Part shown: piece after piece, positions 23,883-36,495 of the stretch | Layout: every line of letters starts with the position of its first letter | Position numbering within the stretch: the stretch's first letter is position 1 | DNA from: Cirrosporium novae-zelandiae | Lineage: Eukaryota | DNA length: 64,000 nt | Direction of reading: 5' to 3' | Assembly (NCBI GenBank): GCA_026023565.1 | Contig: JAPETS010000008.1 | Span: 744,001-808,000, forward strand | Made by a program: the position numbers and the translations under genes | The notes under the pieces: generated by a model | Told to the model about the DNA's origin: nothing | What the model saw: the letters and a program-made list of their open reading frames with translations, nothing else | Databases searched by the model: none

Positions 23883-24768
23883 TGATAATCAGTAAGGGTT
23901 CGACAAAATATTTCTCTTGAGCGTCATCTAAATGCAGTCAGGGATTAAAATGAAGGTTGCAAGACAAGTGTTGAGGATTCGAAAGGAAAACATATTAGAG
24001 TACCCAAACAATGGCTGGTTCCTCTGGTTACCAAGGCAGATGACTATATAAAATACCATTATCCCTACCGTTAAGGATGCTTCGCCACCCTCCACTAATA
24101 TAAATTTAAAATCCGGGACTTACATCGCTAGAGTTGCTTTTGGTTTTAAATTCTAATTGTAGGGATTAGAATAGTACTAGAAAGTAACTGCTCACTTTAT
24201 CACAAACCATGGGCACCGTTGAATAGTAGACCCTTTAACAACCAGACATCAGAATGTCGAATCACACCTAATTGTTTTGGAAGCTACAGACTTAGTAGAA
24301 ATCTGCGATGTGATAAATGACTAGAAAGTAAATACTGGATGACGAGATTTTTTTAAAAAAAATTCAATATCAATTTAGGATGTTGGTAGGAATAAAGATT
24401 AGGGTGATATGTTAGAAGGCTGGGGCAAGGATGTTTGATGTGCGTTGAGCGTGCTACGCGAAGGCCTCGTCGAAGCTTAGCGTATACTTGATAACACATA
24501 TTCGGACATTTGATACAGTATTTCTTCATGTCATCTTTTCCATATCAATTATAGGGGGAAAACAAAAGACCTTATATGATTACATAGACCAAGCTCTCTC
24601 ACAACTTATAAAACAAGCCTAATAATATAATATTAGCTATTCCCTTAATCAAAATCACTTAATCAAATCAATCATTTCAATCATATATGCCTCCCCCCTC
24701 CTTCCCCCCCCCCCCCCCAAAAAAAAATTTGTTCAAACTCCCCCAATCCCAATTCCAATCCCATATTC

Positions 24769-27280
24769 TCATCTCCCTCCCACAACCCCCCTAACCCCTC
24801 TCAAGACTCCCTTAATCCCACTGACCGCTGCCGTCGCAACCCTAAGACTTTTCCTCCTCTGACTCTCCACAGGCGCATGCTGTTCCACATCTGCTTTCAT
24901 TTCAGCTGCGATTTGGGCTTCTACTGTTGTTTCGGTTGCCACTATGATAGATTTTTCGTCTGTGGTCGGGTTTAGGTCTGTAGATGAGGTGGTGGAAGAA
25001 GAGGAGGATAGGGGTGTGGATGTGGATGTGGAGGCACTTGTTTTGGTGTTGATGTTGGCTCTTGTTGAGTGGGATGAGGTTACGGCTGCGGTGGTGATAA
25101 TGTTCGAGATGTGAGAAGAGAGCGTAGATGTACGACGGAGGGTGCTTAGGCGGGCGGAGCTTGGTCGAGATGATCCTGGTGGCGGGTTGTGCGTAGCGGT
25201 TGAGGATTTTCTTGCACTTGAGGAAGACGAAGAGGTGTATACCTTTTTGGTCCTCTTGCTGAGCCTGGCAGCTGTGGTGGTGATCATGCTCCTGACAGAT
25301 CTGGACGCGACTGATGATGAGGTTTTCCTTTTTTTGCTGGCTGGGGCGGGGTCGTCGTGAAGTTTTCTTTTTTTACCGGATGAGGGCGTTGTTGTTCTCT
25401 TCGTCTTCGAGGCGTTGTGGTTGTGGTTATGGTCTTTTTCTTTTGATTCTTTGTGCTTGCTTGATTCCCGAGTTGGGGGTGTTGGTCCTAAGAAGCCTCG
25501 ACAGGAGGGGGCGCCGCAACGGCATTCCTGGACATTTTTGACGGAAAAGGGATCGAAATTGTAATCATATGTGAGCTCTTCTCCTGTCATGATGCCCTGC
25601 TCCCCAGCAAAGAGGGCCATCCTAGGGGTGCCATTAACCGTCCACTTTTCCATCCTGCAGTTTGGTTCGCAGGAATGGTTCACAAATCGGGCAATGGAAC
25701 CTCTGGTTGCATCAATAATCATGTTTTGGTCAAAAGACATAAGATAGTAGCACTGTGTTAGCGGTTAGAACCTTGCTATAATACTGAGCCTGAGTGGAAA
25801 ACATACGTCCTTATTTTTATACAGCGTATTCATTCTCTTGTCACATTCTTCTTGTGTGATTATTTCGCCTGTATACTCAACAATGATCTGATCTGGCTCA
25901 AAGGATCTATTGCTTCGTACACCGTAGCCACGATTAACAGTCTTGATGACTTCTACTCCGATGTTGAATTTCCCCCCTTTTTTACATCGCCTTTTTAAAT
26001 CAGCAAAACTGCGATTTCCACAATTATCTGGGCTTAGGTTACAATTCTATTTTCCATTAGTAAATCAATGATAAAGACCGATGGTATTAGAGTAGAGATA
26101 TGCTGTGAAGACGTATAACACTTACCATATCATCACACTCGTAAAACATAAGTCTATTTTGACAGTCATCATCACAACCAGTCTCTTCCGTACAAAGACA
26201 TGTGGACATGTATTCTTTGAAATTATCGTCTTTTCTCCAGAGAAGGGCCGCATCCCCTACAAAGACATTCTTCTGCGTTTTCCGCCATTCCTCTGGTTTT
26301 GGCTGTCCAGGAGGAAGCGGAGAGAATACATTGAAGGGTAATTTGAAGTCTCGTCCTAAATTCAAGAGCCTTTCTCCACCAAAAATTGGCAAGGGCAAAA
26401 TCTTTCGCTCATGTGAACGGCCTTGCGCCTTGCTTTTGCGCCTATTTTTAGATTCCGTCTTTCGTGGATCAAAGTCACGATGTTGGCCCACATACAGGCC
26501 TTGCGATAGCCAGCGCTTCACCTTAGTTTGTGGGGGAGGTTTGGGGGGTACCTCCGTGTCAGGGGTGGTAGGTTTCTTCAACATAGCCTCCTCCGAGAGT
26601 CGCAATCTCTTTTTCACAGGCCCTTCAAAACTTGGCTCGGGTTCAGATCGCGCATTTTGATTTCTCGGTCTTAGGCTAGCTCTCCTGTCCACAGTCCTAT
26701 CTCTTAAGGGATACCTATTTATTCCCACGTCTCTTGCTCTTTTACCAAGTACTGTCTTAGCTCGATCAACAGCGTTTCCGGCCTTGACTGACAAACTTCG
26801 TCGCAAAGAATATTCTCGTTTGATTGGAGCTGGCTGAACATCGCCGTCGTTATCATCAAGCTGTTCTTGAAATTGCGACTTGGACACGGATCCAGAGCGG
26901 GGTAAGGTAGCCTTCGCCAAATTTTTGGAAATATTCTGAGAATTCCAAGAGTTCGAGTATTCACCTTCCAAATGCTGGCCCGAGCCGTCCGACTCCTTTT
27001 CGTCCACAAGTGTGTCGCCAGATATCACTCGGGTCCTGGACCGAGTTTGCCCAGATAGAACATTTTCATTATAGCTTCCTAGTGAAACTCGGGCGCGTAA
27101 TACGCGTCTTGGAGGTTCGACGTCGCCGGAAGCGGTGGATCGGGCATCGTTGGACGCGTTGGAGCCGTCTGTAACACTTGTTGGCGGAGTAGAAGCGGGC
27201 TCACAAGTTGAATCAACAGTGATACAGTGCAGAGTCTCTGTTGACCTGGAAGAGGAGACTGAAGGCTGTCGTGAAGGCAT
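24769..27280 (-). CDS. ash1: ASH1-like SET-domain histone-lysine (H3K36) methyltransferase, 3 exons (27280-26126, 26046-25807, 25752-24769)
   Basis: AWS Cys cluster (CLC...GCDDDCQNRLMFYECD..NC), SET motifs RGYGVR, IVEYTGEII, RFVNHSCEPNC and ELTYDYNF, and post-SET CRCGAPSCRG. Both introns are canonical and in frame. Confidence 0.92.
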
Positions 27281-28253
27281 AGTCGTAGGCAGACTCCAAA
27301 GGAGGTTGGATGTTCTTGTACCAAGCACAGAGGAGCAGCTTGAAGTGTAAGCTGAGGGGTGTTGGAGAAAAGCTTAGATGGCTAGAATCAAGGAGCTTAC
27401 TACTGGAAAGGCTAGGAGCTTGGTACACGTAAAATAAAGTCAATAAGAGATACTGCGGATTAATGCGATCATGAAGAGATATCAATTGAAAATATTGATG
27501 GGAAACTTGTGGAGAGACGTTGAGATATTTCTAGTTGGGTGAGCTTTCCGTCTGATGGAGGACGAAGGCTAAACAATGTCGGCCGCAACCTGGCCGACTT
27601 AAAGCACGTCCAATACATTCCGCGTCAACGAAACCGATTGCCGTAGCCTGAGTACTGACTTGTGTGCCTGGAATTATAATTGCAACCATGGCAACCTCTG
27701 GTAGGATTCATACCAATGCTTGATATCTTCGGGACGCTTTTCAGCAGTATAAACAACCCCTCTGAAACCAATCGATGAATCAATGGACCAATCAATCAAC
27801 ATAAATAAGAATAGGTATAGATATCCCATGAAGCCACTTCCCTAGCATTCGTTGAAGATATGAGCATACCTAGTTTCAGTTAACATCAAATGCAATCGAG
27901 TGACTAGCAAGAGATTCATCGTAATGGATATTTCGGTTGAAATACCATCAATGTGTATATATGTACTCCCCCTCGCGAGATTCAGGAGAAACTTGATATG
28001 CGTTCATGACTAACTCTCGATCTTCTGTTCATGTTGGAAATAGTCATTGCCCTATGCTATTTCTTGTAACATTTTCATCGCTATCATTCATTATAATTTT
28101 CCGTCTCATCGTCTCTCCTTTTCTGTTTTTCCCCTATCATTGCATTATTCTTTCTTTGCTCTGTTGCTTTATGCAAATCAAGAACACCAGCATCAAACCA
28201 ACATCTCAGCCATTAGTTGTGCCAGAAGAAATGAGGCCCAAGTGAGCTGAATG

Positions 28254-28529
28254 CTATGCAGCCGCTGCGGCATGTTGTTCACCATCTTCTACATGTGCAG
28301 CAGCAGGTTCAGCAGGTTGAGCTTCTGCCACAGGAACAGGAACAGCGGTCGTAGCCCCTGCCTCCTGTCCCTGCTCTTGTTGATGTTGTTGCTGTTCTTG
28401 GTCCTCATGATAAATGTGTGAACCCCACTCAGCCTCCCAATTCAAAAGTTTGGTAATATAATGCCACGCCATTATTGCTACCATCACCATGGTTGCCAAA
28501 CACAAGACGATGATGGCACTACCCTTCAT
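28254..28529 (-). CDS. Small hypothetical protein with N-terminal TM/signal anchor and Q/E/A-rich tail
   Basis: 91-aa ATG ORF with a hydrophobic N-terminal helix. Confidence 0.45.
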   Translation of the reverse strand: MKGSAIIVLCLATMVMVAIMAWHYITKLLNWEAEWGSHIYHEDQEQQQHQQEQGQEAGATTAVPVPVAEAQPAEPAAAHVEDGEQHAAAAA

Positions 28530-29315
28530 CTTTCAGGGATATGTTTAGAAGTGATGACGGGTAAGTCAAGATAATTGGTGAGGGACTTCAAGAGGTTGAT
28601 TCTAGTTCAGTTTGACTCTGGTCGGAAAATAATTAGCTCAACATACATGAGGGGGAAAGGACTACTGACGGAGAACGATGACTTGGGATCATATAAAAGG
28701 TAAAGGAAATGTGTGATAAAGCTTTTAGTAGCAGTAGGTAGTATCAGCAAGACTATCATAATATTGAAGGAATGATTAATGAGGTCTATAAGAATAAATA
28801 CTAAGGCGTCTACTCCATGCTCGATATATTGTCAACACGACAACAATACCAACACTAACGCGTAACTTTGTTTATGCTCATCAAGACACAAAGATTTGCG
28901 ATCATGAAAGGTCTACCAAGTTCCCAAACGCTAAGATATTCCTAAAGACATAGCTATCATTCTCATTCTTTGTGACCGTGATATCCTCATACTCTTCCAC
29001 GAGTTTAACACGAACACTATCTGAGGTATAAATACCCCAACCAAAACGGAAAATCCATGACAGTTTTTCATTTTCAGACAGGTTAAGCAGATAAACGGAA
29101 GATACAATTCTCCCCCTCGCGACACAACTTGAACTGATAATGAGCGCAGGGCAAGATCACCCCTTTCAATCGAAATAATCGTGAACCCCCCCAGAAAAGC
29201 AACCAAGAGAAGAAGTTTCATTCTCTCATTCTTCTGTCTGGTAGGGCACACGCATACGTGCTCAAGTATCCAAATAACAACTATCCGAACCAAAGACTTA
29301 CCACCATCATTCACC

Positions 29316-29894
29316 ATGCCTCAAACAGAGACCCCACTAACTCTCGCATGCCTTCCCCCCCACATACAAGCCAGCCTTCTAACCTACCTTACCATCCCCA
29401 CCCTCCTGATCCTAAAGCAAACCTCCCACCACTTCAACACCTTAGTCCACCAGCATTATACCCACGCCGAGCTTTCCAGCCTCCCCAGAACAGCCTTCTG
29501 GCACTTCCTCCGCTTCGCAGAATCTTGGTCCACCCCCATCTACATATCTCCTGAAAACAAACCCCAACAATCCCTAACATGCTACGGATGCTTGCGCCAC
29601 CGAGCCTCGGAATACTTCCTTGCCCCCCAGCGCGTAAAACGCCCTGGAGGAGAACTATCATATGGACGTACTTGCATAGGTTGCGAACAAAAGTATCCCG
29701 AGTGGCTGTCCGGGGGGTTTTTCCGTAAGAGGCAGAGAGATAAGCAGATTTTTGCTATCAGGTGTGCAGTATGTCGAGAGTGGAAGTATGGACAGGAGGC
29801 TAATGACGCGAGGGGGAGGAAGAGTAAGAAGAAGCGGGACATTTGGGTTTGTGGGGGATGTGTGGTTAGCGGAAGAGGGGCGGAAGGGAATTGA
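29316..29894 (+). CDS. F-box protein with Cys-rich C-terminus
   Basis: F-box LACLPPHIQASLLTYL....LLILKQTSHHF followed by four CxxC pairs (CYGC, CIGC, CAVC, CGGC). Confidence 0.78.
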   Translation: MPQTETPLTLACLPPHIQASLLTYLTIPTLLILKQTSHHFNTLVHQHYTHAELSSLPRTAFWHFLRFAESWSTPIYISPENKPQQSLTCYGCLRHRASEYFLAPQRVKRPGGELSYGRTCIGCEQKYPEWLSGGFFRKRQRDKQIFAIRCAVCREWKYGQEANDARGRKSKKKRDIWVCGGCVVSGRGAEGN

Positions 29895-31528
29895 GGGGGC
29901 AGGGGTACATAAGTCTGTACATACGTACGGCGGATAATCCGGCCGTAATGAAACAGCAAGCATGTTTTTTTAACTATTGTTGTTGTTGTTGGTTCTGCCA
30001 TCAGGATAGGATCAGCAACTTTTTTTAGCCGTGTTCTGCGGCAGTATCAAAAGTGACACAATAAGTATCGTGTTATACTCTCAATGGCTAGAAATAAATG
30101 CGGACAGATCGAGGCGAGCTCCAATCAAACCAAATGATAATTTAAATCAGGTTTGAATAAGATGATGTTTTCCTCTTCGATCTTTAGGAAGGCTTTCATG
30201 TAATGCCAGGTGATAATTCAAATCAAAGTTCATTGAAAACCGATCTTGTTTGAAGGCCTCCCAGAGTCATTTTTAGTTCCACTTTTGGACCTAGCCACTT
30301 TCATTTCTACCCATCGAAAGTTGCAGACAAGCATTAGGAACAAAATTTAGATAGACATAAATCCCGTTTATCTAATCCTAATAATAACAAAGGGCGGAAG
30401 ATTAAGATATTGTGTAGTTGCTTTCGTATAAAACGTTTGTCGATGTGAAAGGAAGGGTTTTGTTGTTGGTGTTTGGGTATGCATATCTCGGTGGTGCCGT
30501 CAAGGCTCGATATTTGCTGGGCGTGGGAGTAGAATACTCAGTCCTATGCCCTCTTCTAGTTAGATCTATGCTAGGGCTACAAAACCTGTCAATGTTTCCT
30601 TCCATGGTTCCCTTTACTGGCTTCGAGGAATCCTTTTGAATCGCGCATGTTAAAGGATATGAAGGGGATGGTTTAGCTAACCGTGAAATCTGTAATAGAT
30701 ATAAAACTGTTGGAATTGGAAGAAAAGGTTTAATAGAATGCACTAGGGCTGACAAGATGATAGTAGCCCATCGTGTTCAACAGTTCAACAGGGTAAATAA
30801 TATAAAAAGCAGAAAAGATTTTGTGCGGCAGTTGGGGCGTGCATCTCCGCAGCCACAATATGTGAAAGTATATTAGATAATGGTCTCCCCAAAGCGTCTC
30901 GTCGGAATTGCATAGGACTCTATTTATATTGTATCCCGTATCCTAAATATTATGATGTGATATATGATTTGTTTCCCAAGGATAATCACATTTATGGGAC
31001 CCATGTACTTGCCAGCTCCTAGATAAGGATGGCTTCGAAAAGTAAGAGAGGAAGTAGAATTTGGAGCAACAAAAATCTCGGGGGACGAGATTAGATTACT
31101 CTTCCCTGACCCTTTCAATCTAGTTCCCTCCTAGTAACGATGGATTTTTTCAAGAAAAGAAAATGGGGTTAATGACGAGGACGAGGATGTGGATGCATAA
31201 AAAAGGATATCAAGAGTGTCTTACTGAGGATTCACGGGAAAAAAGGGAAAGGAAAGCTTTGACTCTAACTCTACCCTACCGACGAGAAGAAAAAAAAAAG
31301 CATCGACAAAACGATAAAACGATAAAAAGAAAAACGGCCTGTTCCGCCTGCCAAGATATCATATCCATATCATATCCACTGTCCTCCTCCCTTGAGCCGT
31401 TACACGATTTATCTTTAGAAAAAATACCACAAGGAAAGAAACTCCTTTGATTCTCCATGATATGATGTGTCACTCGCTCTCATTAATTGCTGTTGTTTAT
31501 GGTCATAGAGGGTTTTTGTTGTGTCTGA

Positions 31529-32225
31529 TTATAGTTGACCCCTGAATCGACTCAGAAGACGTTGATTGCAGAAATCTGCTACCTTTTTCATTCCGGTTAT
31601 ATTAGTATCAAGATGATTATTTTCTTGTAGATAAAGGGCGAAGAAATAATACCTTTCTTGGGCATCCTTTGGTGACCCAATCCCACGGAACCCGATAGGT
31701 TTTCCCATCCTCCCAAAGAATTTCATAATTCAGCGGCTCTTCCCCGTCAAATCTCCCTCGTATGGAGTAGGCTACGACCTGCTGACAGTGTCTTTCCCAA
31801 GCCGAATCTTCGGGCATTTCAAGAAGCATGGGCGGGAGGCCCTTTTCTACTTCCACCATGTTGTGCGCGTGACCGTTGATAGTATTTCGCTGCGACGTCT
31901 GGGTTGGCAAAGGGGGATGAGAAGCTGTGAGCTGGTCAAGCTGCTGGATGGGCAGGGTGCCTCGAGACCGAGAGCGGAGGGTGGAGTTTCTGCTTTTTGG
32001 AGACGAGACGGCGGATTGGTAGTTATCGTGGGCGGACGATTGCATTTCTGAGTGGGCGGAGTGGGCTGTAGTTGGGGGTGTCCCCGAGGCGCTGTTAGTG
32101 TGGGAGGTTTGGAGGGACAGCGGCTGCGTCGACGAGGAGGAGGATGAAAGGAACTTGACGCAGTTGGAAGCGCGGCGGATTATGCCCATGGTCTGGTGGC
32201 CATTTTGAGCGTGGTTTGTTGACAT
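31529..32225 (-). CDS. Chromo-shadow-domain protein without a recognisable chromodomain, probable 2 exons (32225-31653, 31582-31529)
   Basis: WERHCQQV...YEILWEDGK...VPWDWVTKGCPRK|VADFCNQRL after a phase-0 intron 31652-31583 (GTATTA..CTAAT..AAG). This fits the HP1/Swi6 CSD pattern W.D....V.......CP.KV..F...RL. The acceptor is weak and the start is uncertain. Confidence 0.62.
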
Positions 32226-32247
32226 GTTATGTTCTGGACCTTGGTCG

Positions 32248-32270
32248 AGGGGGGGGGGGGGGGGGGGGGG
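32248..32270. repeat. Poly-G homopolymer (about 23 nt)
   Basis: Direct reading. Confidence 0.85.
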
Positions 32271-32853
32271 TGGGGCCGGGCTGGGGAACTTTATCAATCT
32301 ACTAAGAGAGGGCAAAAAAGCCCATTGTAGGGGATGTCCCCAGCCCAGAGTGAGCCCCGCAGTATTTGAGATGAGAAAGGATACTTACTTTTGTACTTCC
32401 TTGATTCCCTCTTTTCTTTCTTTTTTGTTTCCTTCTCTCCCTCGTGCAGGCACAATCGGGATTCGGTGACGTACTGCGGATAGAAAGAAAAGCTAGAGAA
32501 GCAATGCGCAGATTGTGTTATTTCCCATCAAACATTTTGGGAGTCATGTCAGCAGTTTATGAATGGAACCCATTCTCCTGCATGGGGGATGTGGATGCAA
32601 TTGGCTATGATCCATAGGTCGGGGAGCCAGGTTTCCAAGAGCCACGGGACGTATGTTTCAGACGTATCAAGTACTAAAGATGAAGATGATCGGGGGTTTT
32701 CCCTTGTAGGTTCATTGGTAGGTAAAGTTGGATAAGTTGGATGAGGTAAAAACGATAGGATGAACAAAAAATCAAAAATCGGTGGCCGGGGGGGTGGTTG
32801 GGAAGACGCGTCCTAAGGAGTTCTAGAGGTAAGGTACAGACAGTACTGTACAT

Positions 32854-32945
32854 ATGAATTGGATGAATTGGATGAATTGTATGAATTGTATGAATCGTAT
32901 GAATTAGCTGGATTAGTTGGATTAGTTGGATTAGCTGGATTAGCT
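32854..32945. repeat. 9-bp-period minisatellite, about 10 units
   Basis: ATGAATTGG x2, ATGAATTGT x2, ATGAATCGT, ATGAATTAG, then YTGGATTAG x4. Confidence 0.85.
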
Positions 32946-35900
32946 TATTATGCAACTGAACTACTCGAGTCGCTAATTATGTTATGCACCAGTTGCATAT
33001 GTGCATATCAACCGGGTACACGCTACACAAGATTAATAAAAATAAAATAAACAATTAATTCAGAGGGAAAACAGCATCCAGGGGTACTCATAGGTGCAGA
33101 ATACTACGGATCATGGCATGCTACGTATTCGCTGGTATTATGCGTTGGCCCAGCGGTGAGACCCATTCATTATCTACCTAGGTATTTGTTATATCTTCTT
33201 ACTTTGTTTTTGCTTTGCTTATCCTCGTGGCGTTCAATTTGCTTTTGTCTTGTTTTGCTTTGTTTGTGGCTGTTCCCGACGGCAGTTTTTTTTTAAGGAA
33301 CCCCCGGAAGAAAAAGGATCTATCACACCAGATGTAATTTAAATGAAAGCAAAAAAGAATGCATTCGTTTATTTTAATTTATAATCTATACTTATCTACA
33401 GTGTATCGAATATTATCACTAGATTTTTACTTTATGAAGTAAGGTTCAAACTTATTTTTTCCCGCTTCATTTTCTAAAGTTACAAGTAGGACCACGAGTT
33501 CTCATCCTCAGGTACCAATAACTTCTAACCTGCTCACCCTCTCTTCCCTTTTTTCAGATAAAATTCAATATTGGCACAAGCATTAGATTGGATACTATAC
33601 GGTCTTAAACAAGCAAGCAATAACACAACGCCTCGATGAACAAACAAGCATCGGCTTCTCGGCCAATCCGTTATGCACGAAACAAATTAGGTAGGCCTCG
33701 AGCCATATTAACAATACAGTTTATGATCATTCAGTTTTCTTGCGATTCATATTTGTCTTTTGATAAGGACCCCTAGATTTAAAAGAGGCTGGGAATAGCA
33801 GACCCTTGAAACCTACATGAGCACCGAATGATATCCTCGAGCTTTTGCACCATATTCACAAATAAACAAAAAAATGCAAGTAACAAAGTAAGTCTTTCCA
33901 ATTTCCTTCTCATCATAAAGCTCTCATTCATTATTATTCCTCAAAACTAGCCCTTGATTGGGTATTCGAGCATGTGAGCTGTTATAATGGCAATCTTGGA
34001 GTGGTCTCCGAATACAATAATTCGCCTAATACGGGTTCGGCGGTCCTGAGGCCTCTTTCTCATTGTCAACGAGTTAGATGTGAGTGTGTGCGTTGGTGGG
34101 CGAGGGTATTGTAGTCTAGTATACTATGCTGTACTAATACCAATACTCATGTTATCATTTATCGGTTCCAACTAATCGACATGGTTGTTGTTGCTAGATA
34201 GGCTCATCAATCAACAGAAAAAAACAATGTCAAGCGAGTTTGTTTTGTTTTAATATCGAATGAAAGAGAAGAAGGGGGGCTGTCAAGAGGATAGACGAAG
34301 AGTCTCCTATCCAATATTCTTTCCAGTAGCATCTCGCACTCTTATCTAATTTAACATCTCAATACTTGGAAAAATTATCTCCAAAACTCTCTCCACTTTG
34401 GTTCTTGGATAGCCAAGACTAGGCTAGGTCAACCAATTCGAGTATTTGTGGCTTTTTTGTTCTGTACCTAGATCGATCCGACCCCGTGGTGAAGGCTTGT
34501 GATTTCTACTGCCTTTGTGTTCGAACGGTTCTATATATATATAATTAATGTATTTGTTAACCTTGCTGATAGTCTCTCTTCTCTTGGTCTTCCTTCTTGT
34601 TAATTTGTGTGTGAGTCGTGTGAATGATCACCTGCTCTTCAAAAGCAGCAAAAATTCCCGATTCGCCATGTTTGGTTTGCTGAAACAAGGATAGAGATAC
34701 CGAAAATCAGGACCGTGCCTATGAAATCTGAACCAAATGCAGAACCTCCGAGCCTCCTCCCGGTGAGAGAAGAAGCCCCGAGCATCAAGTCCTCTCTGAT
34801 GATGATGACCGAGTCAGAGAAAATAGAGCCGGATGGGGGTTTCTTTGACTTAAAAGCCAGGCTGTCGATAGAGGAGGAGCTCGTTGCCGATAGGTTGCGG
34901 GGTGGAATTATATCTGTGAAAAACAAGCCCACTCTGAGTCTGCCCAGCAGCAAGATAGAGATATACGGTAACAACGATAGGGCAATAAGAAAGTGCAAGT
35001 ATATCTATGATAAAGAATATCGTGTGAGAAAGCGAACTCGCCTTGAGACCAAAAGACAAGAGTGTTGCGATACTAATCCTGCGCTCTAGAAAGCATTCTA
35101 TATTCGGAACTCTGAAAAATGTAACTCTACGACGAGAGCCTGGGGAGAGCAGGACCGTAAACATGACGTTGCGAGGGGAGTCTGGAGACAGCGCACCCGT
35201 GAAAAGGATTTGGCTACCAAAAAAACCTGCCGAGCACGCAACTGTGATTACTACCTTGCACCACAGCGCATTTACGACAAAACTCAACGTGCATATAAAA
35301 GACAAAAGGCAGCCAATAGGCTAGCAAACCCAAGTGGGAAAGCAACAAGGCTACAGAAGTCGAGGACGATGGTAAGAACGAGAAGGAATACAAACCAGTC
35401 AAGATCGAAGATGAGGATGATGATAGATGATTGAAGTGAATGATTGGATATAAAGAGGCGCTTAAAAAGTTGAAAGAAGAGACGAACTAAGTTAGGGGTA
35501 ATACCTGGTCGGTTTATGTATGTAGAAAGGTAACTGTGAATGAGATGAAAGATCAAGAGAGTTATCATCAGGTCTAAGCGAGTGCTAAGACTTAAGTGAT
35601 GAGCTTGAGGGTGCGCTTAATTGTCGTTGTCTGTGATATCATGGTTTTTGTTAAATGCGAGCTTAGTGGCTGAGTAATGGTGGAAGGTGTCAGGGTCAGG
35701 TAGCCCACACTAGTATTTTAGAAAAGACATTCTGGCTTACAATTCTAGCGTGATGAAAATGACAAAAAATCCTAAGCTACAACTGATGGGAAGATGTATA
35801 TAGTCCTCTATAACCGCATAGGCGCCACAAGCGCCAATCGAGCCTACAACCGCTACAGTACCCCTCGACTCATGTATAAATACCTATCAGATGTTCCCGG

Positions 35901-36495
35901 GGTATTCAACGACTGGATTTTCAACCCGCCTTTCTTCATATATTTAAGAGATATAATACATTCTGCTTTCACGGCTAGAAAGGTCATTATAGGAGTTGAC
36001 TGTAAGAAATGAATGGCGAGTATTTACTCTACTTGATCAGGTTAACCTGAGAAAAAATAGACCTGATATATGTTTTGAAGTATTAATGTAGATCATATTT
36101 ATGCTAGTTTTCATATGAATAAATCCTCCATCAGTATCCAAATAAAATATCATATATACTCATGGCCTCTTATAATTATATCCTTCCAGCTCCAAAAAGA
36201 AACCTATGCACAATGCAACGGAACAAAGGTTTTCACAGTTATCATAACAATAGGTATATCCACTTTCGCGCTCTCATCAAGTTCATATCCACAATTCATA
36301 GCCGTTTGACTTTTTTGGTTAAAAAAACACCCATGCTCTTGAAGCCCGACCATCATGGTTACCCAATCCGAACCAAACCAACCCATATCAGAGCAGCGCT
36401 GCCATCGAGGTCGTTTACCTTAGATCATAACATGCAATAACCAGACGAAGACGGATCCACCAAATCCACAAGTAAACCAATCCAGACATAAAGGC

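Noticed and set aside
23890..23910. tRNA suggested by GGTTCGA (T-loop-like)
   Set aside because: No cloverleaf stems or A-box in the flanks.
32674..33050. ORFs with IQL/IHT/ELY repeats
   Set aside because: These are translations of the 9-bp minisatellite, not credible genes.
34639..35568. Cluster of overlapping 60-150 aa ORFs
   Set aside because: No consistent frame, splice model or domain. A decayed or orphan gene is possible but unsupported.
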